Source: Octopus sinensis
Lineage: Eukaryota
Assembly: GCF_006345805.1 (NCBI RefSeq)
Contig: NC_043013.1
Location: forward strand, 21,700,001-21,764,000
Direction: 5' to 3'
Length of the DNA: 64,000 nt
Part shown: positions 26,613 through 38,441 of the stretch, piece after piece
Position numbering within the stretch: position 1 is the stretch's first letter
How the letters are laid out: every line of letters begins with the position of its first letter
Notes under the pieces: generated by a model
Database searches by the model: none
What the model saw: the letters and a program-made list of their open reading frames with translations, nothing else
Told to the model about the DNA's origin: nothing
Position numbers and translations under genes: made by a program

Positions 26613-28770
26613 AGGGTGTCTCAATGAAACATGTGCGAAACACACGCGATATCAACACCGGAAAGTTTACAAATTATAAAATATAAACGGACGAAAATAG
26701 TACATAAATTGAGTAATTACGCATACACTCGAATGTCTATACAAACATATATACATTTTGATACCCATAGGACTACACAAACATCCCAAAATTGTTGTAC
26801 ACACTAAGTGAAATTTACAGGATACACACTCACGTACACGAAAGAACGTGTCACAAACCATGCAAAAACAAAGCCAACTTGCATTTTTTTTCTTATTTTA
26901 TTTTCATTTTTTCGAACTAACACAGACAGAGTGAACCTTTCATAAGTTTAAAAAACACAACAAAAAAAAAAACTATGTTCGGAGATAAATCTATAAAAAA
27001 AGTAACAAACGAATACGGATCTGCTAGCCTTAAGAAGCTACGCTACGAACAATGTTTACATGCAGAGAACACGAAGTCAGTGTTGTCGCAAAAAGTTGAC
27101 CCTAAACTGACAGATCCGCCTCCTAATGTAAGCGTCGAAGCTCGTCATGCCTTACAGTTAGCAAAACAAATTACAAACCGCAATGGTCATCAATCGGTTT
27201 ACAAAAGACCACATACCCAAATATTGAACCAGATTCGAGTTGAAAAATCAGCTACCGGTTCAAATCTTCCCGACACACAGGAGCTGGACGTAACTCACAA
27301 CCGGAATATTCCAACAGATCGCCATCCATACCCGTCATCAAATATCCAAAAGAAAAAGAATGAAAAATGGTCTAGGGATGATAATAAAGAAGTTCTTGCG
27401 GCCTACTACCATGCCATATATTTCCCCACAGACAAATCTAATACTGTACAAGCATACTTAAACTGGAGACAGAAACATCCTGAAGTAAGACCCTATATAG
27501 ACAGTAACAAACTTGCCAATGTCAGAAGAAACATTATAAAAAAAAAATAACAAAAGGTATGTGCTAAAGTTGCCCGCATAGCGATGAATGAAAAGCTCGT
27601 TAGATTCTTCAAGGACAACAACATGTTCAAAAATAACCCCAAGAATTTTTACAGGAAGATAGGGAAAACATCAGTTACTGTAAAATCTGTACCATCAAAA
27701 GAAGAAGTGCAGTGATTTTGGAATAAAATTTGGGCAGAAGAAAAAACACACACAACGAAAAGGCCCCCTAGATTGATAGAATATCTACAGACTTGGACTC
27801 CTTAGAGGAGCAAAAGTGAGAGGGTGTCAAGGTAGAAGATATAAGATCTACTTTCAGCAGGTCAAGCAAATAGAAGTCTCCAGGAAGGGATAAAATTCTT
27901 AACTTCTGGTTGAATGCCTTCCCAGAGAGCCATGAACTGCTAATAGAACTTTACAACGATGTTTTGCAACACCCTAGTAGGATGCCTTCTAGGCTAGTTA
28001 ATGGTTTAACATTCCTGCTTCCAAAAAGTGAAGAAAGAAATGAACCAAAAAACTATAGACCAATAACTTGCTTAACAGCTATGTATAAAACGCTAACATC
28101 TGTCCTGACTGAATATACCTATAGTTTTTTACAGACTGCAGCATATTCCCTAATGGACAGAAAGGATGTAAACGTGGATCCTATGGTTGTAAAGATCAAC
28201 TACTCATCAATAAGATGATGTTAGAAGATTGTCAATAACCTGGATAGACTATAAAAAGGTTTTTGATAGCCTACCACATAGCTGGATGAAGAAATGCCTG
28301 GAAATGTATAAAATATTGCCTACTCTGCGAAACTTTTTGTCTGTAAGTATGAGGTCATGGAGAACCACACTAACTTTGAACAGTGACGATGAATATCTAA
28401 TTGCTGGTGATGTAAAAATTTCATAGGGCATTTTCCAGGGTGACTCGCTATCACCACTCCTCTTTTGTTTAGCCATAATACCTCTCTCAAAATTGCTCAA
28501 TGACCCACAGTACGGATATAAAATGTTTTATAAAGATATAAATCATCTCATTTACATGGATGATTTAAAGCTCTTTGCAAAAAATGACCAACAACTGAAG
28601 GGCTTACTAACGATTGTTAAACAATTCAGTGATAACATCAGAATGCAATTTGGCCTCGATAAATGTGCAAAAGCTACATTTATCAAAGGAAAAATGACAG
28701 AAACATCTAACGTTAACCTTGACCGGCAGAATGTCATAAAAGAGTTAGAAAAACTCTGATGACTAGATGT
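26613..28770 (+). mobile_element. R4/Dong-like LINE, 5' part with disrupted RT
   Basis: ORF 26975-27550 N-terminus; RT motifs KNYRPITCL, WIDYKKVFDSLPH, GIFQGDSLSPLLF, YMDDLKLFAKND, QFGLDKCAK with stops/frameshifts; follows a (TAA)n array. Confidence 0.85.
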
Positions 28771-30200
28771 TAAAACTTGTCTTAAAGCACGGAAACAAGA
28801 AAGCGTCATACTCAGTAACAAAACAGGCAAAGGTATATCTAAGTGAATTCCAAATACAACAAATCCCAGAATTAGACGAACTGGAAACAAGCACATAAAA
28901 ACTAAGTGTACGAAAACCCATGCTAAAACCAGTGGTCATCCAGAGACTGCTTGTACATAAACCGCGAGGCAGAGAAAGTGGGATTATGAGGCAAACAGAA
29001 TGGTAATTGTATGCTGGATCAGGAATGAACCCAGTAGAAGGGGATTCCGACGACGAATGAAAGCAAAATGTAATGAGATAGGACCCTTCGAAACAAGTGA
29101 GCAATGGTTAGCCGGCCAGGCAAGAGCAATAAGCGTAAAAGGGTGGTTAACAGACATGGAAAGAGAAGTGATAAAACGAAAAGTAGAATATAGAAATAAT
29201 ACTTCATCAACAGATAACGTGCCCAGTGAGAAGAGAAAAATGAAAGACGGCAGTGAAGAAGTAGAGCGATGTGTAAATGTAGATGCCTTATCAGCAAATG
29301 AAGCAAAAGTAATGCGAAGAGCTATATCACAAGAACACGATGATGACTAACAAGACATAATGAGGAAGGGGTAAGGGAAAACTGAACCACTTGCTATTCA
29401 TGGATGCTATTCATGGAAGCTATTCAAAAACTGAGGCAGGACTGGACTGCCTAGTCCAGTTTGAGCGGATTTTCTCCAATGATATTAAGATGGAATTGGA
29501 GTCTCAAAATGTACTACGAGGATGATGAGACGAGGAAAGCTTGTCAGGACTGAAGGGAAATGATGAAGGCTATTCAAGTTCAATCCAGCTACAAATACCT
29601 GTGAATACTAGAGGTAGATGGAATCAAACACCACGATATAAAGGAAAAACAGGACAGAAGGGAAATGATGAAGGCTATTCAAGTTCAATCCAGCTACAAA
29701 TACCTGTGAATACTAGAGGTAGATGGAATCAAACACCACGATATAAAGGAAAAAGACAAAAAGAGAGTACCTGAGGCGGGCGAGAAAGATGTTTGCTTCA
29801 AAACTGAATGCCAGAAACAGAATTTCGGCAATAAAGTCGCGTGCAGTGGCAGCAGTTTGGTATGGCGCTGGAATCCTCAAGTGATCAGAGGAGGAACTAA
29901 GTCAAGAAAGCGCCTAACCATGCATGGAGCCCATCATCCGCGGGCAGACACTGATCACCTATACATGAAGAGAACAAATGGAAGAAGGGGACTGATAAGT
30001 GTGGAAGACTGCGTGCATATTGAAGCCGAAAGCTGAATGAGATACCTAGCTAGTGTCAGTTGGAAACGAGGGTGCACTAAAAGCAGAGAAAAAGGGAAAA
30101 CAAGAGGACAAAAAGGACATGAAGAAGAATTACTGAAGTTGCTGGAAAAATAGTGAAATTGGCCAATGAAAGGAACTCGCTTAAGGACAGCACTTCCCTG
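28770..30200 (+). mobile_element. Degenerate LINE fragments (R4/Dong-like)
   Basis: VCWIRNEPSRRGFRRRM N-terminal motif, YKYL.ILEVDGIKH, HGAHHPRADTDHLYMKRTNGRRGLISVEDCV. Confidence 0.65.
29552..29757 (+). repeat. 105-bp direct tandem duplication inside LINE fragment
   Basis: gaagggaaatgatgaaggctattcaag... starts at 29552 and again at 29657. Confidence 0.9.
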
Positions 30201-30636
30201 CCCACTCTCACTTTCTCTCATGTCTTTCAGCCTTGTTCATCAAACAACGTCTTTCACCACAGTCACCGGGCAGAGAGAAACTGCTTTACCTATGCGATTG
30301 AAGTAGAGCGGCGGTGGGATAATCACTACAGACTCGACCGACTGACGGATCCATCCCATCTGTTCGACATAGCTCAGCAATACTCAGACAGTGAACGAGG
30401 GCGTGCAAACAGTCTCGTCACTCTGCGCGTCCCGCGGACAAGCTCGTCTGTAGAGTTTATCGCGAACTAGTAGCGCCGCTTGGTAGCACTTTCAGGCCAA
30501 AGGCATCTGGAAAATATCCACGATAGTTCCCGAACGGAAACTCCTACGGAACAGACACACCAGTTCGTTCTCGTCGGCGCTCAGAGCGTCCCGAAGAACA
30601 TCGTCACACTTCCCCGCCACTAATCTCTTATTATAA

Positions 30637-30940
30637 TCTATCTATAAATATATAAAATGCTATGTATATCTGTCTGGTCCCAATGCAATCTCAAACAGCT
30701 CAACCAAATCAAATCAAACTATACATGGCAATACTATCAGATCCCAGGAGTGTCAAGATGTAATTTCTTTGAATTCAAACAATGCAGCACTGGCGCTGGT
30801 TCCGTATTACGTCCCAAAACATGAAAAATAAGAGTGAAACCTTCGACGGAGTAAGTTATAAACAATTTCACTTTTACATCGTTCTACTTTTAATAGGAAG
30901 AATTAAAGTGCAACATTCGACAGAGTAAGTTATACAGTTT
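30637..30940 (+). mobile_element. Helitron-like 5' end
   Basis: A|TCTATCTATAAATATATAAAATG...tgtatatctgtctgg resembles common invertebrate Helitron 5' termini (recalled pattern). Confidence 0.35.
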
Positions 30941-31157
30941 TACATGTAATACACTGTGTATGTATATATATATGTGTGTGTGTGATTATATGTATGTATA
31001 TATATATATATATATATATATACGTATGTATACATATGTATATGTACGTATATACATATGTATGTATATGTGTGTATACGTATCCATGTATATGTATATA
31101 TGTATATATGTATATATATATATATGCATATAATAAATATATATATATTATGCATAT

Positions 31158-32163
31158 ATAGAAATATTAAAATTACTAAGTCTCTCTAAAAGAGAACAAC
31201 GGCAGCGTTCCCGGAAAATAATAGTTATCGCCATACTAATATGGCATTCTTATAAAAATAAGAATAAAGCTGTCCGCTTATTAGCTCCATGAGGCCATCG
31301 CCTTAAGTTAGCTATTTGATACACAAATTGTATCCATATAACCTTCGAACAAGGGAGGTCAGTCGCTCCACACTACTTGACCGGCAGCTACAGACGCGTT
31401 TCGGGGTATTGCCCCTTTTCAATGCAGCGTAGCCAGACCAGTAGGTGTCGCTTCTGACAATCTCTGTTCGAAGGTTTTATTTACCTAGCTTCGGTGGAAT
31501 ACATCCACTTGTTTGCAATAATAGAAATATTAAAATTAAAACCTTCGAACAGAGATTGTCAGAAGCGACACCTACTGGTCTGGCTACGCTGCATTGAAAA
31601 GGGGCAATATCCCGAAACGCGTCTGTAGCTGCCGGTCAAGTAGTGTGGAGCGACTGACCTCCCTTGTTCGAAGGTTATATGGATACAATTTGTGTATCAA
31701 ATAGCTAACTTAAGGCGATGGCCTCATGGAGCTAATAAGCGGACAGCTTTATTCTTATTTTTATAAGAATGCCATATTAGTATGGCGATAACTATTATTT
31801 TCCGGGAACGCTGCCGTTGTTCTCTTTTAGAGAGACTTAGTAATTTTAATATTTCTATTATTGAAAACAAGTGGATGTATTCCACCGAAGCTAGGTAAAA
31901 TAAAACCTTCGAACAGAGATTGTCAGAAGCGACACCTGCTGGTCTGGCTACGCTGCATTGAAAAGGGGCAATACCCCGAAACGTGTCTGTAGCTGCAGGT
32001 CAAGTAGTGTGGAGCGACTGACCTCCCTTGTTCGAAGGTTATATGGATACAATTTGTGTATCAAATAGCTAACTTAAGGCGATGGCCTCATGGAGCTAAT
32101 AAGCGGACAGCTTTATTCTTATTTTTATAAGAATGCCATATTAGTATGGCGATAACTATTATT
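31158..32163. ncRNA. 364-bp repeat array (one inverted + ~1.7 direct units) with three minimal type I hammerhead ribozyme motifs
   Basis: HHRs at 31387-31428 (-), 31588-31629 (+) and 31952-31993 (+): GCTGCA TTGAAAA GGGG CAATA CCCC GAAA CGCG TC TGTAGC (stem I 6 bp, stem II 4 bp, palindromic stem III, GUC cleavage triplet). The 31588 copy has a G-U in stem II and the 31952 copy has CGTG. Confidence 0.75.
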
Positions 32164-32339
32164 ATGCATATATTATATATATATGCATATATTATATATT
32201 ATATGCATATATATGTATACCCTTCTATATATATATATGTATATATGTAGATATATACCTATGAACCTAACGTCTATATTGTTATATGATATATTGTTTC
32301 ACTTTTATACTTTTAGTTTTAATTCTAGCCACGACGGCG

Positions 32340-33620
32340 TTACATTTTCTACGTGACTGTGTATCTGTCTGTGAATGTATGTGTTTGAGTGTATAAGTGC
32401 GTATATGTCACACAGTGTATGTGTATGTATTTTTCCGCGTTAGGTACGTTATTAAACATACTATATGTATGTGAGGGTTGGTCAGTGTTAATACGAATTT
32501 TCTTTTCATTTCGATTGAATAATAATATTTCATAGAGATAATCTTTCTGTTTACAGAGATGTACTTGCATAGCAAATGATTTGATCTGTGATCATCTGCT
32601 CAGAACATTATATATATATACACAACTGTCGACGGAGTAACAGTTATATATACTTGAACAGATACACATATCAGTAAATAAATATACATTTACATGTATA
32701 TGCTCATTCACACATACGTATATGCATGCATGCGCATTTACACATGTACATACATACATGCATGCATACCTACACACATACATGCATGAGCACATATATA
32801 TCATGAACTAACTGTTACTTTCTCAGATGCAGCACGAAGTCATGTCAGTGAACAGGTCGCAGTTTCAAAGCGACGAAAATAATTTGATACAAATGAAATT
32901 TAACTGTTGAAGTGAAACTAACGCTTTCTGTGTGCTCTTCCACGCTGCAATCTTTCTATTGTCAACAGGACAGTTTATTTTACAACGACAACGACATCAC
33001 ATTTTGTATATGACATACGTAATGATACGTTATTAAACATACATACACATCTATACATATATAACGACAGACATGCGTGAATGTGTGACGGTGTGTGTCT
33101 ATCTTACTATATGTATGTGAGCGCTGGTCACTATCAAAACGAAATTTTATTTTCATTTTGATTAAAACAATATAACATTTTATAGAGATAATCTTTCTAT
33201 TGTCAACAGGACATTTTATACCACGACGACAACGACATCACATTTTGTAGATGACTGTGTATCTGTTTCTGAGTGTATGTGTGTAAGTGTATGAGTGTGT
33301 ATATATCTCATAGTATGTGTCTTTCCGTGTTAAGTACGTTATTAAACATACACACATCTACAAAGATATATACATACGTAACGCCTGACATGCGTGAATG
33401 TATGTCTGTGTGGCTATTTCAGTATATGTATGTGAGTGTATGTCAGGAATATTTTGTGCCACAATGACGACGAGGATACATTTTGTATAAGTGTATCTGT
33501 CTGTGAGTGTATGAGTGTGTATGTGTCTGTGAGTATGCATGTTTCCGCCTTACGTACGTTATGAAACATACACATACATCTACACATACATATACATATG
33601 TAACGACTGGCATGCATGAA
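32340..33620. repeat. Degenerate tandem repeats interleaved with CA/TG-rich tracts
   Basis: Recurring blocks tacgttattaaacatac, atagagataatctttct and acgacaacgacatcacattttgta at ~32445/33025/33335, 32530/33180 and 32985/33225. Confidence 0.6.
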
Positions 33621-34439
33621 TGTATGTTCGTGAGTTCTAGACGGGAAACTCTTGAAAAAAAGACAATGAGGTGGCAAGGTACAACGTAAATATAAAGATA
33701 CACGTTTACTGTTCCATTTCCAGTTAATAATTATCGCAGCCGTTGTAAGGTTGCAAGGTATTTACAATTACATATTTACCCTTTCATTAAGAAATTTATC
33801 CTATATAAGTAATATATATATATATATATATAATTCCTTATCTGTCTGTAATAATTATTGTGGCATTTACCATCAAATTATTTGTTCCATACAAGTGAGC
33901 CTATCTCGTCCATTTGCTGATATTTCGTGAGTTTACACTGCATACAAAAATACAGATATACTATATACAAACCACGCGCTAAGCAATTATGCCTTATTTA
34001 TGCAAGTGATCCATTACTACATATTCTCATATAACTGCATATGCTCACTTTATGTTTCTAATCCTACAGCTACACCAGAAATCCAATATCAACCCTTCGC
34101 CTTCTGCAACATTTCAACAGTTCACTTCCCCGTCGCCGTCTCCCATTGCAGCCCATTTCCGGAATGTACCCATTTCCGGAATACAATATCTCCATTACCT
34201 CCATTCATTTGACTGTCAACCATACGAGGGGGTCATCTGAGACGCAGTGCTGACCGTCTCAAAGGCGAGTATATCCACTAACAACTTTTCGGTGGGTTCA
34301 AAAAATACATACCTCCTTCCTCTCCCAATTGTCCATGATAGTCTTTGGCATGGAATCCTCCAAATGGACGTATTACATGACACTTAGTTGAATTAGACCA
34401 TCATTATTTACTCCACAAATATTTTGTTGTCAATGATGC

Positions 34440-34530
34440 CCTTTCCCGTATCACCTGTTTCAACATAACTGTAATATATATACGAACTCTGCCATTTGAA
34501 TCCCGAGCAACGCCAGATATCTTAGCTAGT
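34440..34530 (+). mobile_element. Helitron-like 3' end
   Basis: cccgagcaacgccagat...CTAG|T: degenerate GC hairpin followed by CTAG. Confidence 0.45.
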
Positions 34531-34599
34531 CCTCTATAAATTTCTAAATCGGAACATCCACCGATCCACCGATCTCGACTGGTAGAGTCGGACCTTTTA

Positions 34600-36200
34600 G
34601 CTTTGACTTCATTAAATTCCGCACACTTCTGATTTACTCCTTTTTAAGCTTCGTTTTCATTTCTGTAGTTAGAACTCTGCCAGATTCTAATTCTTCTTGA
34701 TACTTATAACTCTCTCTTCCTTTCAAATAATTTTAATGTTGGCCATCTGATAATTGGATGCCTTCATTGTTGACCACCTGCCCCCTTCTCATAACTAATA
34801 TTGCACGCTTATCTGTGCCAAATTCCATGCCTATATCTTTACCCTGTTATGAAATCTATTTCATTTTCATTCTTACTGAAAAGCTAAAAAGCTTCAGATC
34901 ATCCACGTGATGGGTAATTTTTCCAATACTATTCTGAACTGATACCCTGCTTTTGCCTTCCTTAATACTAAACTGAGGGGGATCAAACATAAAACAAATC
35001 TTAGGTCTGACTACTTCTCACTCACTTTCTTTAACCATACGACATCTCCATTATGATTGACTGGCATATCCTAAATATCACACCAGAACTTAGCTTTCTC
35101 GTCTTCAGTACTTCATTCTCTATTATTCATTTGGTTATAAAATCTCCTCGGGTCTGTCTCAAATTCTCTAATCTGTTGATACTGATCTATTCTTTTCTGA
35201 TATCTGGAGAACTTGCCTGCTACCGCTACGATACGCTGTTTCAACGCTTCTATTTTTGTCCCATATCCTTTCTCTTTGACTAAGTATCTTTCATCGGGGC
35301 AAGATTTACATCTTGCCTCTCCTAACTTGTTTGTTTTCTAGGCTTCTATTCTCCTCTGATCTTCTCTTAAAGTCTTCATTTTATTTTATAGTCTCCTTTT
35401 CCACATTTGTTTTTTTTTCTAATCTTTCCCTGTGAGATATCTAATCTTCTGGTGACTACAACCTCTCCTGTATAAACCAATTAGTTAGTGTCTTCTATAT
35501 TTTTAGTATCTATCCTCCTGATAATAGAATCTATTTTCCTGGTTACTTCTAGCAGCTTCCTTCTGTTAGTGTCTTTTAATGCTGGCGTTCTTTTTCTTAC
35601 TTCTTTACTTATTACATCCGGCAACGCATCTAAAATCTTCTGATCTTCCTCTTCTTCTTTGGTTAGAGCTGTATCTCTTATGCTGATGTTTGTCTTCCCC
35701 ACTGCCACGTCTTTCTTTTCCAGTTCTCTTAATTCTCTTGTGTTCTTTTCTACTTCCAATTCTGTCATCCACTTTCTCCTCCTAATAGCATTAGCTGGAT
35801 CAACTAATCTCTATCCAGTCACTTTAAACATACCCTTCTCTACCCAAAGTGTTAACATCCGTTTTCTAGAGCCCCTTCTTTTAAGTTCACTTTCTAAGTA
35901 GCATTGTATCACTATCCTGTTTTCTTCGCTGGTCCACTTCCTCCTCCCTGCTCTATTATCTGCTGATGCTGTATTACAATGACAGCTGTGGTCAGTCTGC
36001 ATCTTTACTGATCCACCGCCAAGCGAGAGGCCGTCCCTTAAAGGACCAGCTTCATTTTCGGTGTTACAATCTGAGTTTCTGCCGAAACTCCTGTCTCTCA
36101 TAAACTGAGGTAAGGTAACGTTCGTCACCATCGTCATCACCACTATTAATGTTCGACATCTGAAACTTTCAAGCAACTTTCTATTGCATCGCTTGTTGCA
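34600..36200 (-). mobile_element. Degenerate R4/Dong-like LINE (5' region and RT pieces)
   Basis: RRKWTSEENRIVIQCYLESELKRRGSRKRMLTLW, LKDTNRRKLLEVTRKID; RT fragments at 34700-35000. Confidence 0.7.
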
Positions 36201-36559
36201 ACTTTGTGCTGGTGGGGTGGTGCGTGCTGCATGTTTTTGTGGGGGCGGGATAATGTTTTGTTATGGGGTTTTGTTTGATCCTGTTGTTGTATTAGTTTTC
36301 ATATTGTGTGTTTGTGTGGCTTAGGTTTTTCTCTTCTGAACAGATGGAGAGATGAAATAGGCATAAAACCCAGTATAGTGCAGCTGCAGAAAAGTGTCAT
36401 TGAAGAAAGCTAGCATACTTAGGAAGGTTCTTGCTATCTAAAGCTACTTGTGCGAGCCCGATGTTAGAATTATTTTCTTTTCCAGCAGTCTATCTATTGA
36501 GTGTATATGAATAATAATACTAACAATAACAACAATTATAATAATAATGACAATAATAA

Positions 36560-37430
36560 TATATATTAATAATGTTTTAAAAAGTAGACAGAATGAAACT
36601 CAATGAATGGGTCAGGAAGATAAATGATATCATCGGTGATGTCAGGACACCAACAATCTGATAAATGCAATCTCGAAATTTATAGCCCGGAAGATAGATT
36701 TGAAAGCCAAAGGTAAATGTCAACGTAACCTGAAGGTGGAGAAGGAGAATAACGCAGTCTATAAACGAGACCAGAAACCATGTTAATATTTTGGAACGGA
36801 AAAAGAGAAATGAAGTTCAGTGAGTGAAATATGTTGTGCTAAAGAGGAGGTATAGGGTGAAGAGAAAGGGAATCAATGATATGATTGAGGAATTAAAACA
36901 GAGGTTGGAAGCTAAAGCACATAAACTAAAGTGATATGAACAGAGAATTGAGCAGTACAGATTAAACAGACTTTTCGAACAAAATCAGAAAATACTCTAT
37001 CAGGAACTGGGAAAGAAAAGGGTGAAAAAGCCGTTCCGGATGCTGAAGAAAGAAAAAGTTTCGATTCAAACATATAGTCTCAGGAGAAACGACACGAAAC
37101 TGAAGCAGAGTGGTTAAAGAGACTCAAAGAGGAGAATGGAGAGTATCAGCAGAAGAATTTGAGAATAACCGAGCTGATTAGAGATCAGTGCAGGAAAATT
37201 CCTATCCGGAAGCACCTGGCCCAGATGGGGTTCAGAGCTTTTGGCTTAAAAACTTGACAACACTGCACAGGAAAACTACGAGACAGATGGACGAAGTACC
37301 GAATAGTGACATCCAAATAATGGCCTGGATGACAATAGGAAGAACGGTACTATGCCAGAAGGGCTCAAGTAAAGGGGATGCAGTTGGAAACTTCCGACCA
37401 ATATTTTGTTTGCCAATCTATGTGTAAGCT
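36560..37430 (+). mobile_element. Degenerate LINE fragment
   Basis: APGPDGVQSFWLKNLTTLH, WMTIGRTVLCQK...AVGNFRPIFCLP (RT N-terminal motifs). Confidence 0.7.
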
Positions 37431-37499
37431 CATGCACTTTGAGAAGTGAAAGTGAAGAAGATTGAGAATATTCACTGAGAATATGCACTTTCAAATCTT

Positions 37500-37830
37500 C
37501 TTCAAAATTGCAGCCGCTTGAAGAAAAATGTTCAGCAACTTCTGTCGAACTACTGTTATTGTGTCTGAAATCCTATTTGTGTCCATTAAATATTTTGTTT
37601 AATTGTTCTGTTGTGCAACGAACATAAATTGAATTGTGTTTCGTGCATTCTGCCGCATACACCAAATGGGAATCTCTACATGTTCCACCTTCTGTATAAA
37701 TCATAACATTTCTGTGATGATTCCTGATGGAATTGACTTGATTCATGTTGTTGCACAATGAACAGAGCTTACCTCTCTTGCGGCTGTTTTTCAAGATACA
37801 GCGTAGAAATAAATCACTCAAAACTTTATT
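37500..37830 (-). mobile_element. Penelope-like GIY-YIG fragment
   Basis: CSLC...TCRDSHLVYAAECTKHNSIYVRCTTEQLNKIFNGHK. Confidence 0.65.
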
Positions 37831-37997
37831 AGAACTTTAACTCTACAAACAATTATTTTCCAACACACGCTAATCTACATCGACCAGAGAAATCGCAGAC
37901 AATTTTCAAATGCCGACAGTATTGTCTCTCTTTGGACTAAAACATAGAATACAAGTCAAGGAATGAAATAAACACAAAACGATTCAAATTTGTTTAC

Positions 37998-38255
37998 CGT
38001 CTCTATACTTGGTCGGCACAGATCTTCTCAACTGATAAAAATGGGTATTATATTCTCTTATTAGCATCCTCTCTGTTGAGTCTTCTTCGTATAAAATACA
38101 GCTTGGACTTATCGCTCTGCTCACGAAGGATTTACATGCAGAAGTTTCAAAACAACTCTTCGAACAGATGAAGGCATCCACGTCAAGTGTCATCAATGTT
38201 TTGGCATCTTTCAGACCGGCGTCTGGTACTTTCATAAAATACTTCAGATAGTCAA
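37998..38255 (-). CDS. PAN/apple-domain exon D (single copy, phase 1-1)
   Basis: Acceptor ctggctttgttacag|TT, donor GAC G|gtaaac; 258 nt open. (V)DYLKYFMKVPDAGLKDAKTLMTLDVDAFICSKSCFETSACKSFVSRAISPSCILYEEDSTERMLIREYNTHFYQLRRSVPTKYRD(G). Confidence 0.8.
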
Positions 38256-38378
38256 CTGTAACAAAGCCAGGCAAATTAAACAACCAAAATACGAAGACGA
38301 AAATAAAACATTGTGAAAATAGATAATAATAAAGATAGAGAATATTAAATGTTTGAGGATCAGCATTGATATTTTTAC

Positions 38379-38441
38379 CAGGAAGAAGTGATAGAGTTGT
38401 TACTACCATAGTGTAGGTACAAAGATCTTGGGATATATAAT
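38379..38441 (-). CDS. Candidate 63-nt exon upstream of D (phase 1-1)
   Basis: cattttcattaaacag|AT ... CCT G|gtaaaa; xYISQDLCTYTMVVTTLSLLP; in frame with D across a 123-bp intron. Confidence 0.4.

Noticed and set aside
29552-29757. CRISPR-like or functional tandem repeat
   Set aside because: Two adjacent 105-bp copies without spacers inside a eukaryotic LINE fragment; a simple duplication.
30230-30620. GC-rich segment as a solo LTR (purine tract then TGTGACG on the - strand)
   Set aside because: No second LTR, clear 3' CA end or TSD could be established.
37430-37505. Hairpin (tgaagaagatt/aatcttcttca) next to a GIY-YIG relic as a hammerhead
   Set aside because: Stem I is plausible, but the core and stem II are too degenerate to call.
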